A stretch of 64,000 bases of DNA from Octopus vulgaris (taxonomy: Eukaryota): positions 4,712,001 to 4,776,000 of the forward strand of contig OX597835.1 in assembly GCA_951406725.2 (NCBI GenBank), written 5' to 3'. Each line of letters opens with the position of its first letter. Position 1 is the stretch's first letter. Below the pieces are notes generated by a model. The model had not been told where the DNA came from. It saw only the letters and a program-made list of their open reading frames with translations, and made no database searches. Shown piece after piece: positions 52,445-64,000 of the stretch. The translations under genes and the position numbers were made by a program.

Positions 52445-53000
52445 AGGCGGTGAGCTGGCAGAAATGTTAGCACGCCCGGCGAAATGCTTAGCGGTACTTC
52501 GTTTGCCGCTACATTCTGAGTTCAAATTCCGCCGAGGTCGACTTTGCCTTTCATCCTTTCGGGGTCGCACTGGGGTCGATATAATCGACTTAATCCGTTT
52601 GTCTGTCCTTGTTTGTCCTCTCTGTGTTTAGCTCATTGTGGGTAGTAAAGAAATAGAAATAGGTATTTCGTCTACCGTTACGTTCTGAGTTCAAATTCCG
52701 CTGAGGTCGACTTTGCTTTTCCTCCTTTTGGGGTCGATAAATTAAGTACCAGTTACGCACTGGGGTCAATGGCACCGACTTAATCCGTTTGTCTGTCCTT
52801 GTTTATCCTCTCTATGTTTAGCCTCTTGGTTAGCAGGCTTGGCAAAATATTTAACAGCATTTCGTTCGTCTTCGCGTTCTTTGCTCGAATTCCGCCGAGG
52901 TGAACTTTGCCTTTCATCCTCTCGAGGATGTACTGGGCCGATGTAATCGACTTATGCTCTTACCCCGAAATTGCTGGCCTGGGGCCAAAATTTGAAACAC
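52445..53000 (+). mobile_element. SINE family B head-to-tail trimer
   Basis: Three successive TTCCGC.GAGGT.GACTTTGC units; junction AAATAGGTATTTCGTCT at ~52660. Confidence 0.85.
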
Positions 53001-53167
53001 AGATTACATGTACCAGACTCTAACCTGTACTGAACAAATAAAGTCTATCAAAAGGGATTCCAACAATTATTGTCAACCAGTTTTACTCCCCAAAAGCTAG
53101 TTTGAACCCAGAACTTCTTGATTCCGAAGTAAACTATTAAGCCTCATCAAGTCATAAGTACATACCT

Positions 53168-53578
53168 CACTCTTTTACTCTTTTACTTGTTTCAGTCATT
53201 TGACTGCGGCCATGCTGGAGCACCGCCTTTAGTCGAGCAACTCGACCCCGGGATTTATTCTTTTTGTAAGCCCAGTACTTATTCTATCGGTCTCTTTTTG
53301 CCTAACCGCTAAGTGACGTGGACGTAAACACACCAGCATCGGTTGTCAAGCAATGCTAGGAGAACAAACACAGACACACAAACACACACACATATATATA
53401 TACATATACATATATACGACAGGCTTCTTTCAGTTTCCGTCTACCAAATCCACTCACAAGGCATTGGTCGGCCCGGGGCTATAGCAGAAGACACTTGCCC
53501 AAGATGCCACGCAGTGGGACTGAACACGGAACCATGTGGTTGGTAAACAGGCTACTTACCACACAGCCACTCCTGCGT
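53168..53578 (-). mobile_element. SINE family A, full length
   Basis: Sequence match. Confidence 0.92.
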
Positions 53579-53604
53579 CCTTCTTTCGGACACAAATATA
53601 TTCT

Positions 53605-53623
53605 CTCACACGTACTCTCACAT

Positions 53624-53662
<39 letters not shown>

Positions 53663-54604
53663 TGCACATACAGACAATCACACACACGTACACACACACA
53701 TACACACTCACACGCACACATACACACACTCACACGCACCCATACACACACACACTCACACGCACCCATACACACACATACACACACACACACGCACACA
53801 CACACACATACACACGCACACACTCACACACACACACACACACGCGCACACACACACTCACACGCACACACACACACACATACACACGCACACACTCATA
53901 CGCACACACGCACACACACACACACACACACACATACACACACACACACACACACACAGAGTAAGACTGTCATGCAGAAAAACGTAAAATAAAGATGACT
54001 TAACTTGATGCAACAATCCCTCTCGCCTTCTCTCTCTCTCCCCCCTCTCTCTCTCTCTCTCCATCTATCTGTCTATCTCTCTATCTTTGTCTCTTCTCTC
54101 TCTTTCCATCTATCTGTCTATCTATCTCTGTCTCTCTCTCTCTCTCTCTCTCCATCTATCTGTCTATCTCTCTATCTTTGTCTCTTCTCTCTCTCTCCAT
54201 CTATCTGTCTATCTATCTATCTCTGTCTCTCTCTCTCTCTCCATCTATCTGTCTATCTCTCTATCTTTGTCTCTTCTCTCTCTTTCCATCTATCTGTCTA
54301 TCTATCTATCTCTGTCTCTCTCTCTCTCTCTCTCCATCTATCTGTCTATCTCTCTATCTTTGTCTCTTCTCTCTCTCTCCATCTATCTGTCTATCTATCT
54401 ATCTTTGTCTCTTCTCTCTCTCTCTTCATCTATCTATCTATCTTTCTCTCTCTCTCTCTCTCTCTCTCCATCTATCTGTCTACCTATCTATCTTTGTCTC
54501 TTCTCTCTCTCTCTCTCCATCTATCTATCTCTCTTCTCTCTCTCTCTCTCTCTCCATCTATCTATCTATCTTTCTCTCTCTCTCTCTCTCTCTCCATCTA
54601 TCTG

Positions 54605-54675
<71 letters not shown>

Positions 54676-54679
54676 CTGT

Positions 54680-54716
<37 letters not shown>

Positions 54717-54725
54717 TCTCTATCT
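53605..54725. repeat. (CA)n array followed by a compound (CT)/(CTAT) minisatellite
   Basis: Direct reading; CCATCTATCTGTCTATC recurs about every 45-60 bp. Confidence 0.93.
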
Positions 54726-55399
54726 TCGTTCACTGAATTACACGCTCTCTCACTCATTCACTTACTCATCTTTCCGCCGCCGCCGCCGCCAACTTACTCA
54801 CTGCCACAGCTCAGAGCACTTTGTCGAGATGAGTGTAAAAATAGTTCACTAATAAAACGAAAGCGTGACAGAGAAATTGCTGTTTGTTTTCGCATGGCGA
54901 ATGACGAATACAAAAAAGAAACAGAAATATAAAGAGAGCAAATTAAAACATAAATATATTTATTAATGGTTTAAAAAGTGAATAACATTTCTAAGGATCC
55001 GATGATAGGAAAATAAAATAAAAATGAAATTAGTGGAACAGACCATTTGAAGTTATACCAAAGCACTTTCATCATTTAATCGGGGTTATTTCCGCTCTTG
55101 TTTTCCCTCGTTATATTACAAAAATATTTCATTTCCATCCCGTAAGACACGTATCTACGTGTGAAGATCTGATCTGATTCTAGCAACACTTTTTCAAATC
55201 CCCCTTGACAGAATAAAAAAGAAAATTGAACAATCGAAGGGAGTTTTATACCCTGGTCATTCTTTATTATCAGATTGATTATTGAAATAAAATTCTACTC
55301 TTGAAGTTCGTTGGCTTTAAAACTATATTTGACACGACCTGCGGAAGATTATGACTGCAATGGTTGTAGGCCTCTCAGAAAACAAAATTAGAAAAAAAA

Positions 55400-55702
55400 C
55401 GGGCCGACCAATGCCTTGTGAGTGGATTTGGTAGACGGAAACTGAAAGAAGCCTGTCGTATATATGTATATATATATATATGTGTGTGTGTCTGTGTGCC
55501 TGTGTTTGTCACCCTAGCATTGCTTGACAACCGATGCTGGTGTGTTTACGTCCCCGTCACTTAGCGGTTCGGCAAAAAGAGACCGATAGAATAAGTACTG
55601 GGCTTACAAAGAATAAGTCCCGGGGTCGATTTGCTCGACTAAGGGCGGTGCTCCAGCATGGCCGCAGTCAACTGACTGAAACAAGTAAAAGAGTAAAAGA
55701 GT
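55400..55702 (+). mobile_element. SINE family A, head missing
   Basis: Sequence match. Confidence 0.92.
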
Positions 55703-56442
55703 ATAGCAATGCAATGGCTGGTCAGTTGAAAAGTTGTTCTGAAGTAAGCCTGGACCTGAGACAAAGTAGCATGTTCGCTGCCACCCTTTTTTAGCATCTT
55801 CATGGAATTTCTCGCGAGGAAACTCAAAACTTTAAATAAAAGCTCGATACGCACTGACGTCTTCTGCATAGATATTTGATATATTGATGAAAAAATCTAA
55901 AATTTGCCTTTCTCTTCATGAAAATAAGTGAAATATGTGGTCGAAAAAGCGTACAATGAAAGAATGTGTACAATGAAAATATGTAAAGAGGCCAATGAAA
56001 AGATAAGAAAGGATGTAGTGCTTCAGGCACATCTCTTTATTAAAAACAAGTAAAACAAATAAGATTTGTTGGGAAAAAAGAATTAGACGTCTGTTTACAT
56101 TGCCGGTTTAGCGCAGAAAGGAATTTGATGGGTAGGACGGTGAAACCAGAAGTGGTACACACTTTTGGAAATAGCTATGGAAGAGCATCTCTTCAGCCAG
56201 AAGAGTAAATGGAAGAGCAAAACAGTGAGAACAGGCGCGGTAGAATAAGTTGGGAGAGATAGAAAAAGCGAAAAGCAGAGGGCGAAGGAAAGAACCAACG
56301 AAAGAGAGAAAGTGAGAAGAGGAGTGGGTGGCTCAAACTATTGGTCAATGTAGTAAATTGTAGTTAAATTGTCAGTTATGCATTTGAAATTTATATTCAG
56401 CCATCATTATTCAATATAATACATCCAAGTAAGAATGTAGGA

Positions 56443-56928
56443 ATGTATGTATGTATGTATGTATGTATGTATGTATGTATGTATGTATGTATGTATGTAT
56501 GTATGTATGTGTGTATGTATGTATGTATGTATGTATGTATGTATGTATGTATGTATGTATGTATGCATGTATGTATGTATGTGTGTGTGTGTATGTATGT
56601 ATGTATGTATGTATGTATGTATGTATGTATGTATGTATGTATGTGTGTTTGTATGTATGTATGTATGTGTGTGTGTATGTATGTATGTATGTATGTATGT
56701 ATGTGTGTGTATATATGTATGTATGTATGTGTGTGTGTATGTATGTGTGTGTGTATGTATGTATGTATGTATGTATGTACGTACGTATGTATGTATGTAT
56801 GTAAGTATGTATGTGTGTGTGTGTATGTATGTGTGTGTATGTATGTATGTTTGTATATATGTATATATATACACATATATACACAAGTACATACACATAG
56901 ACGCGTGCGCATACATATACACACAAGT

Positions 56929-56985
<57 letters not shown>

Positions 56986-56990
56986 CACAC
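56443..56990. repeat. (ATGT)n/(GT)n microsatellite
   Basis: Direct reading. Confidence 0.95.
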
Positions 56991-57159
56991 CAGTAACTGT
57001 GCTTGTGCATACATGAGGTGTGCTAGTCCTGTTTGTACTGCTTTAAAGCTTACAACATTTTTCCGACGCTACTTGTGGGAGGAATTGCTGTTGATGGTAT
57101 AAAATAAAAAACCCTACTTGTATATCATCCCCCAAAGGCTTTCAAGCTGAATCTACCTG

Positions 57160-57765
57160 TGGCATTTCAACGATCCAAGTATGAGGTACCATGTCATATG
57201 CCTTCTTAAAGTCAATTCAAGCCATAGACAAGTTTGTATGATGTTTTTTTTTACAATACCTCAAAACTGTTTTATCGATGACCAGGTGATCCTTGGTACC
57301 CTGAGAACCCTTCCTACATCCTTTCTGTTCCCTTGGTAGTATTTCTTCCTGTGCCAGGAAAGCATATGCCTTTGCCGCACATATTCCAGTGAGTATCTTC
57401 CAGAGTGTGTCTAGGTATGCTATGGGACGGTAGTTTCCCACAATATTCCCCTTTCTGCTATCTTTCATTAAAAGTGTTGTCTTCCCAGTCACCATCCACG
57501 CGGGGTCTGTACCATTCTGGACACACTCGTTCAATTGGCCTACTAGTATTTCATGCACCGCGTGGCATCTCTTCAGCCAGAAGCCATGAATCCCATCTGG
57601 TCCGGAGGATTTCCGGTTAGACACTTTACCCACTTGTTCTTTCAAATCACCCATACTTATGACAATATTCCTTTGTTTCTTTCCCTCCTTGTAATTCTGT
57701 CTTGATAGTTCCAATCCACATAGAATCCCTTTTATACACCACATTGTTTCTCCATAATCAATTTC
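57160..57765 (-). mobile_element. R4/Dong-type RT N-terminal fragment
   Basis: KSSGPDGIHGFWLK, NYRPIAYL, EQKGCRKGSQGTKDHLVID, NLSMA*IDFKKAYD. Confidence 0.9.
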
Positions 57766-57822
57766 AATTTCTCTTTTCCTCGTAGTAGTAGTCGTTATTA
57801 TTATTATTATTATTATTATTAT

Positions 57823-58015
57823 TGAGTGAGAGAACAGTTCATGCCATCAAAGTGACACTGGGGTAAAATATACGAAGCCCAATATACCCATCATGACTAC
57901 CCGTCTGATAAGGGTACACCAGGCACATGCATCACAACCATATGTGCGCGACATGGTGATCTCATATCAAGATAGACAGCACATGACCTTGCAGGTGGGG
58001 CCCAGTTAGAATTTT
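57823..58015 (-). mobile_element. Probable R4/Dong-type 3' UTR within a (TTA)n tract
   Basis: Embedded in (TTA)n; terminal 25 nt match 20590-20615. Confidence 0.55.
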
Positions 58016-58076
58016 CTTCTTCTTCTTCTTCTTCTTCTTATTATTATTATTATCATTATTATTATCATTATTATTT

Positions 58077-58122
<46 letters not shown>

Positions 58123-58209
58123 CATTATCATCATTATTATTATTATTATTATCATTATCATCATCATTATTATCATTATCATCATCATCATTATTATTAT
58201 TATTATTAA

Positions 58210-58248
<39 letters not shown>

Positions 58249-58326
58249 CATTATCATCATTATTATTATTATTATTATCATTATCATCATTATTATTATT
58301 ATTATTATTAATATTATTATTATTAT
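58016..58326. repeat. (TTC)/(TTA)/(TCA) trinucleotide array
   Basis: Direct reading. Confidence 0.95.
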
Positions 58327-58682
58327 ATACTCTGTGAAGCATGTTTTATGCCAGTTTCACTATACTTTGGAATTGCGAGTTGCTCCATTTTGTAATCTAC
58401 AGAAGTTTAGCTGTTTATTCGCTTAGATTAATACCGCATGAACGGGATCAAACTAACTTAGATTAGGATTATCTCCGCTAATTTTGTGAACATAGATACA
58501 TACATACGTAGTTAGGTAGGTACGTACGTGCGTACGTGCGTACGTATGTATGTACGGATGTATGTATGTATGTATGTATGTATGTATGTATGTATGTATG
58601 TATGTATGTATGTATGTATGTATGCATGTATGTACGGATGTATGTATGTATGTATGTATGTATGTATGTGTGTATGTATGTA

Positions 58683-59058
58683 TACTCTTACTCTTTTACT
58701 CTTTTACTTGTTTCAGCCTTTAATCGAGCAACTCGACCCCGGGACTTATTCTTTTTGTAAGCCCAGTACTTATTCTATCGGTCTCTTTTTGCCGAGCCGC
58801 TAAGTAACGGGGACATAAACACACCAGCATCGGTTGTCAAGCAATGCTAGGGGGACAAACACAGACACACACGCATACACACATATATATATATATGACA
58901 GGCTTCTTTCAGTTTCCGTCTACCAAATCCACTCTCAAGGCATTGGTCGGCCCGGGGCTATAGCAGAAGACACTTGCCCAAGATGCCACGCAGTGGGACT
59001 GAACCCGGAACCATGTGGCTGGTTAGCAAGCTACTTACCACACAGCCACTCCTGCGCC
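58683..59058 (-). mobile_element. SINE family A with an internal deletion, inside (ATGT)n
   Basis: Sequence match. Confidence 0.92.
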
Positions 59059-59429
59059 TATGTATGTTTGTATGTACGGATTTATGTATGTATGTATGTA
59101 TGTATGTATGTATGTATGTATGTGAGATAATAGTTTCACTTTAATAATTTCAGTATTAATAGTGAAACTGTTAAAGTGAAAGTATGTGACGTCATAATAG
59201 AAGGGTGTCGTCCTTTCACCTTTGACACGTAATTCTGAAATAGGGGAAGACACAAGAGATTACTCTGGGCTCGCATTAGGCAAGAAGTCGAAATTTGCAT
59301 GCATGTATGTTTGTATTGTATGCAACGACGCAAATAATTAAGCACAATTGACCTTGATATGTAAAATAAATACGTAGATACATGTAAATGTGAATAAATA
59401 TGTTCTGCATATTTTCGGATTTTGTTCCT

Positions 59430-59460
<31 letters not shown>

Positions 59461-59528
59461 AAGCTATCGGTCAATCATGGCGGCTCACACACACACACAC
59501 ATACACACACACACATATACATGTGTAT

Positions 59529-59850
59529 GGAGGCGCAGTGGCCTAGTAGTTAGGGCAGCAGACTCGTAGGATCGTAGGATCGCGGTTTCGATTCCCAAAC
59601 CGGGCGTTGTGAGTGTTTATTGAGCGAAAACACCTAAAGCCCCACGAGGCTCCGGCAGGGTGTGGTGGTGGCGACCCCTGTTGTACTCTTTCGCCACAAC
59701 TTTCTCTCACTCTTTCTTCTGTTGGCCTGCTCGCTTAGCCAGCGGGGTGGCGTCATCTGAAGGCTAAAACAATGCGAACCGCACTGTGACCAGCGATGTG
59801 TAGCAACTTCTGATAGCCTGGTTGGTGACGGTGATCACGGTGATGGTGAT
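59529..59850 (+). mobile_element. tRNA-derived SINE family C with an alternative 3' module
   Basis: Head as at 50674; after CTCTTTCTTC it switches to GGCTAAAACAATGCGAA..GACCAGCGATGTGTAG..; GGTGAT-repeat tail. Confidence 0.85.
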
Positions 59851-60177
59851 ATACATGTGTATATGTATGTATTTCATATATATCAAGCCTAATCATGTTT
59901 ATTTGTTAATTTGCAACCTTTCTCCATATGAGCTCACCTGGTTTCCGCTTCTAGCCATGTTTACCCAACGGACTTCGTCCTTTATAAAGATTTAGGAGTT
60001 CAAATCATTTGAGCACTATGTGTTTTCTACATTGAACATAACAAGATCTCATTTGTTGAGTCTATGTATATATATATAGTCATGAATGTGTATGTGTGTG
60101 TATATACCTACATACATACGTGTGTGTGTTTGTGCTTGTATGAGTGTATTTGTGTGTACTTTGTGTGCGTGTGTGTG

Positions 60178-60208
<31 letters not shown>

Positions 60209-61199
60209 TCATAATGTGGAAAAATAAGTGAAGTGAAGAAAGTCTCATTTATATACAGTTATAAGAATTCTGGAATATATTAAGGAAGCAATAATATACT
60301 GCTTATTTTTAGTGTTGTCGTCCAGTGCTGGAATGTCAATCTTTGTCTTTGAGGGACCACATTCTTTTATAGTTGGTTGACATCTGGCTTGCCACTGTGA
60401 CGCCATCGAAATTTTGTTCTGTACCAAAGTTTTAAATGAAAGAATTTTATCGTGTGCGATTTTGCGTCCAATGAAATATTTCCATGCGTGACTGCATATT
60501 CATACACATACACTCTCCTCTCGCGTACATGCACATAGATGCATATATATATATATAGATACATACCCTTACACAAACTCACCCACACACATGTACGCGC
60601 ATAAAGAATATAGATATGCGTTTACAATTAATTATAGAGAAGTAAAAATAGAAAGAAATAGGTGAGAGAAAAATGAAAATGGCTCATCGTTTTCTTGAAT
60701 TTATATAAAAGAAAGAGAAAAAAAAAACAGAGAAAATATAAAAATTAAGGGAAAAACTGTTCTCGCTTAACCAACTTCTCTACTAAATTGGTGTCCTGGC
60801 GTGGGAATATTTCATGATGAATTATTCACTAAAATAAAAAAAAAACAAAGAGAACTCTACACGCAGCACTGAGCATCCTCGGTTGAACTCACGCGTGGAA
60901 ATATTTTCACACCATTTCCAAGATGGCGACTTGTCTTCTTCGACTTTATAGTGTTCTGCGCACTTGGATATACACATTCTCCCGCCAGCTGCTATTTCAT
61001 ACAGATTGCAACTCTCTTCCACTATGGTTTATTCTTTCTCGTTTAACCGACAAGAACATTAAAAACAATTACATTTCTGCACATTTTACATGCTTTCTTC
61101 TTTTTGGTTAATTGTGTAAGCACTATTTTTGCTTTTGCGTCCATTCTGTGACCTTCTGACGCTCTGTTCTACGAAACAGTAAAAGTAAACAGCAATGGC

Positions 61200-63740
61200 T
61201 GGTTGCATTAGCTCTGAACTAGGGTTGGTTGTTGAGAATACTTTCATCATAAGTTGAAGCATAAAGTTACCTAGATTCATCCAAGATCAAAGCAAGGTCA
61301 CATGATTGACTTTGTATCAACTCGGAAAGCTGACTTACAAGATTTGTGCCGTCTCAGGGCATTGGGAGGTGCTGACTGTGATACGGATCACAAAATGGTT
61401 ATGGTTAAGTTCAGGTTCCGGGTTCTCAAGAAGATTCTTAGTGCAGGTGTACGAATTTCAAAGAGGATTGATGTAAAGCAGCTGAAGCTACCACAAGTTT
61501 TGCATTTATTTCAGGAGAGATTCAGCAGTGTTCATTTTGACAGTTCATGGGAATACTTTCGGGATGAAATATATAAGATAAGATCAGAGGGGTCAGGTTT
61601 TAAAAGGAGACAACACCGAGACTCTTCGATTGCAATGATATTGTAACAAACGAACTCCTAGCAACAAAGAGATCCACTCGTGAACCGCTTCTAGACCCAA
61701 ACGTAAAGAGCAAGTGCAACTAGAAAAGTTGTACAAGTCTCAGAAAGCAGACTTGCAAAAATGAACTCAGGAGGCTTAAAGATATTTAGTGGAGAAATTT
61801 GATTGAGAAAGTATAGACAACTTATGACAAGAAAGATATTAAAAGTTTTTATAGTTTATTGCGGCAAGCTTTCGGACTCCAGTCTTCATCATGTGTTCCC
61901 TTGAAGTCAAAAGATGGAAATGAAGTTATGAAAGATCCTCCTGGAAAAATGAATGGATGGAGAGAACACTTTGCAGATCTTTTTGATGACCCTTCTGTTG
62001 TAAACACAGTTTTCATAAATAACATATTGCAAAAAGATAAAGTGCAACACAGGAACTATTATATAAACTGGGATCAGGTAAAGCTCTTGGATTGATCAGT
62101 GTTCCAGTCGAAATTCCAAAAGAAGGTGAGGACCACACTTCATCTGAAACTCATAGCCTGATAACTCTTGTTTGGAATGAATTTTTGGTGCCACAGGAAT
62201 GGATAAATGGCATTATAATCTCTATATACAAGGGTAAATCAGTGTATGGTAATTCTAGAGGGATGACTCTCCTGACACATACCAGGAAGATACATTCAAG
62301 GATCATGTTAGATCGTCTCTTTGAAAATGGATGTCCACTTGTGATTCCCGAGGAACGGTGTGGTTTCAGATCTGAACGAGAAGCAATAGATATATTTTCT
62401 GCGAGGCAGGTTCATGAGAAATACTTAGAAGAACAAATGCCACTATACCAGGTCTTCATATATTTAACTAAGGCATTTGATACGGTAAACAGGAAAGCGC
62501 TGTGAATCGTTTTATTTAAACTTGGCCGTCCGACACATTTTTTTGACACATCTTTAAGGAACTACATAGAAATATGAAAGCTCAGGTAGTCTTTAATGGT
62601 GAGCTACCTCAGGACTTTTCGGTGGACAATGGTGTCAAACAGGGAGATATTCCTGCCCCAACATTTTTCTCTATTTTGCTGTATTACTTTGGGGGTGCCT
62701 TCAATGATTGCAATAGGGGAACTAGAATCAGATCTCGGACATCCAGTCGCATTTTATATTTTACCTGATTTACCTGCAAAGCAAAGAGTTTCAAAATATT
62801 TGTCAGATAATTGCTTTATGCAGATGATGCTGATTCGTTAGTACACTCCGAGGAGGCCATGTAACATATAATGGACAAATTTTCCACTGCGTTTGTACAT
62901 TTTGGACTCACAATTAGTCTTGGTAAAACCAAAGTAGAGTAATGTTTACCCACGCGCCAGAACAAATATATTCTGAACCAAACATCTTTGTGAATGGCAC
63001 CAGGTTAGAAGTCAACGACACTTTTGTTTACCTTAGAAGCTCACTGTTAAGAGATATTAAGTCTCAATGCAGAGATATACTATCGAATAAGGATGGGAAG
63101 TCTTGTATTTGGAAAGCTGGAAGGGCGAGTATGGGGTGGTAGAGGTATTTCTTGGCAGACAAAATTCAGTGTCTACAAAACATGTGTATTGACTGTACTT
63201 CTTATTCGAGTGAGACATGGACCACTGACAGGCGTCATATGAAAATACTGGAGAGGTTTCACCAAAAGTGCCTCAGACATATTTTAGGAGACAAGTGGGA
63301 ATGTTTCATAAAAGAAACAGGTTTTGCGCATGACACGTTGTAGCTCAATTGAACAACATGTTATTTTGGCTCAAATGAAATGGGCTGGACATGTTATTAG
63401 AATGAAAAACGAGCGATTGCCAAGGCGTCTTTTTTTATGGTGAGCTCAACTCTGGTAAGCGACCACAACACAAGCTAAGGAAAAGGTATAAAGACTGTGT
63501 GAAGGAAAACCTGAGGGAATTAGATATGAATAAAAGTGATTGGGAAAAGTGATGCTCTGGATCGGAATAAATGGGAAGGTGATGTTAGGATCGGTTACAA
63601 CACGCAGGAGGAAAAGTTGATTCAGCACTCTGGGGTTAAAAGGGCCTGTCGGAAATGAACAATTGGAACGGAAATCAACAGTAAACATTGGATCTATATC
63701 ATATGTGATCGTGTTCTGTTGTCAATAACCGGATACGCGA
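61200..63740 (+). mobile_element. RTE-clade LINE, decayed (APE C-terminus + RT + C-terminus)
   Basis: HPRSKQGHMIDF, ADCDTDHKMV, GNSRGMTLL, PEERCGFR, FIYLTKAFDTVNR, GVKQGDIPAP, LYADDA, ETWT, WAGHVIRM. Confidence 0.9.
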
Positions 63741-63768
63741 ATCATATATAGTTTTTTATATCATTTTG

Positions 63769-63811
<43 letters not shown>

Positions 63812-64000
63812 TGTGTGTGTGTGTGTGTGCAAAAACTCTAATTCTTACATACCTCTCTTAATTCGAAAAGACCCTCAACCAACCACAACATGTTGGGTTT
63901 TATGTTCATCATGAAACATTAGTAGAGAAAACACTTTAATCTCACTAATTGTCATAGGGTGGGGGGGAGGGAGGTGTTTATTTATTTATTTATTTATTTA

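Overview
Eukaryotic, AT-rich, almost entirely repeat-derived DNA. The SINE/LINE/microsatellite landscape looks like an octopus (coleoid cephalopod) genome, which is my inference from family resemblance. I found no intact host gene, and most long ORFs in the track are translated microsatellites. Contents: Penelope-like elements (a Naiad-type GIY-YIG remnant at ~3270-4716, a near-intact Neptune-type RT+GIY-YIG copy with an inverted terminal copy at 8753-12552, and a decayed RT at ~38780-39950); CR1-group LINEs; many R4/Dong-type LINE pieces in (TAA)n tracts; an RTE LINE; two decayed Ty3/Gypsy remnants; non-autonomous Helitrons; a mariner MITE; and at least four tRNA-derived SINE families. The most interesting object is a ~460-bp non-coding insertion at 36268-36731 with a 13-bp TSD and a type-I minimal hammerhead ribozyme fold (U4C core variant). 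Its inverted 5' segment reads across the element's own end-to-start junction, which implies a ~363-nt circular or tandem template (retrozyme-like). Also notable: a SINE/LINE shared 3' hairpin with compensatory changes, SINE module shuffling, and fold-back palindromes abutting (TA)n tracts.
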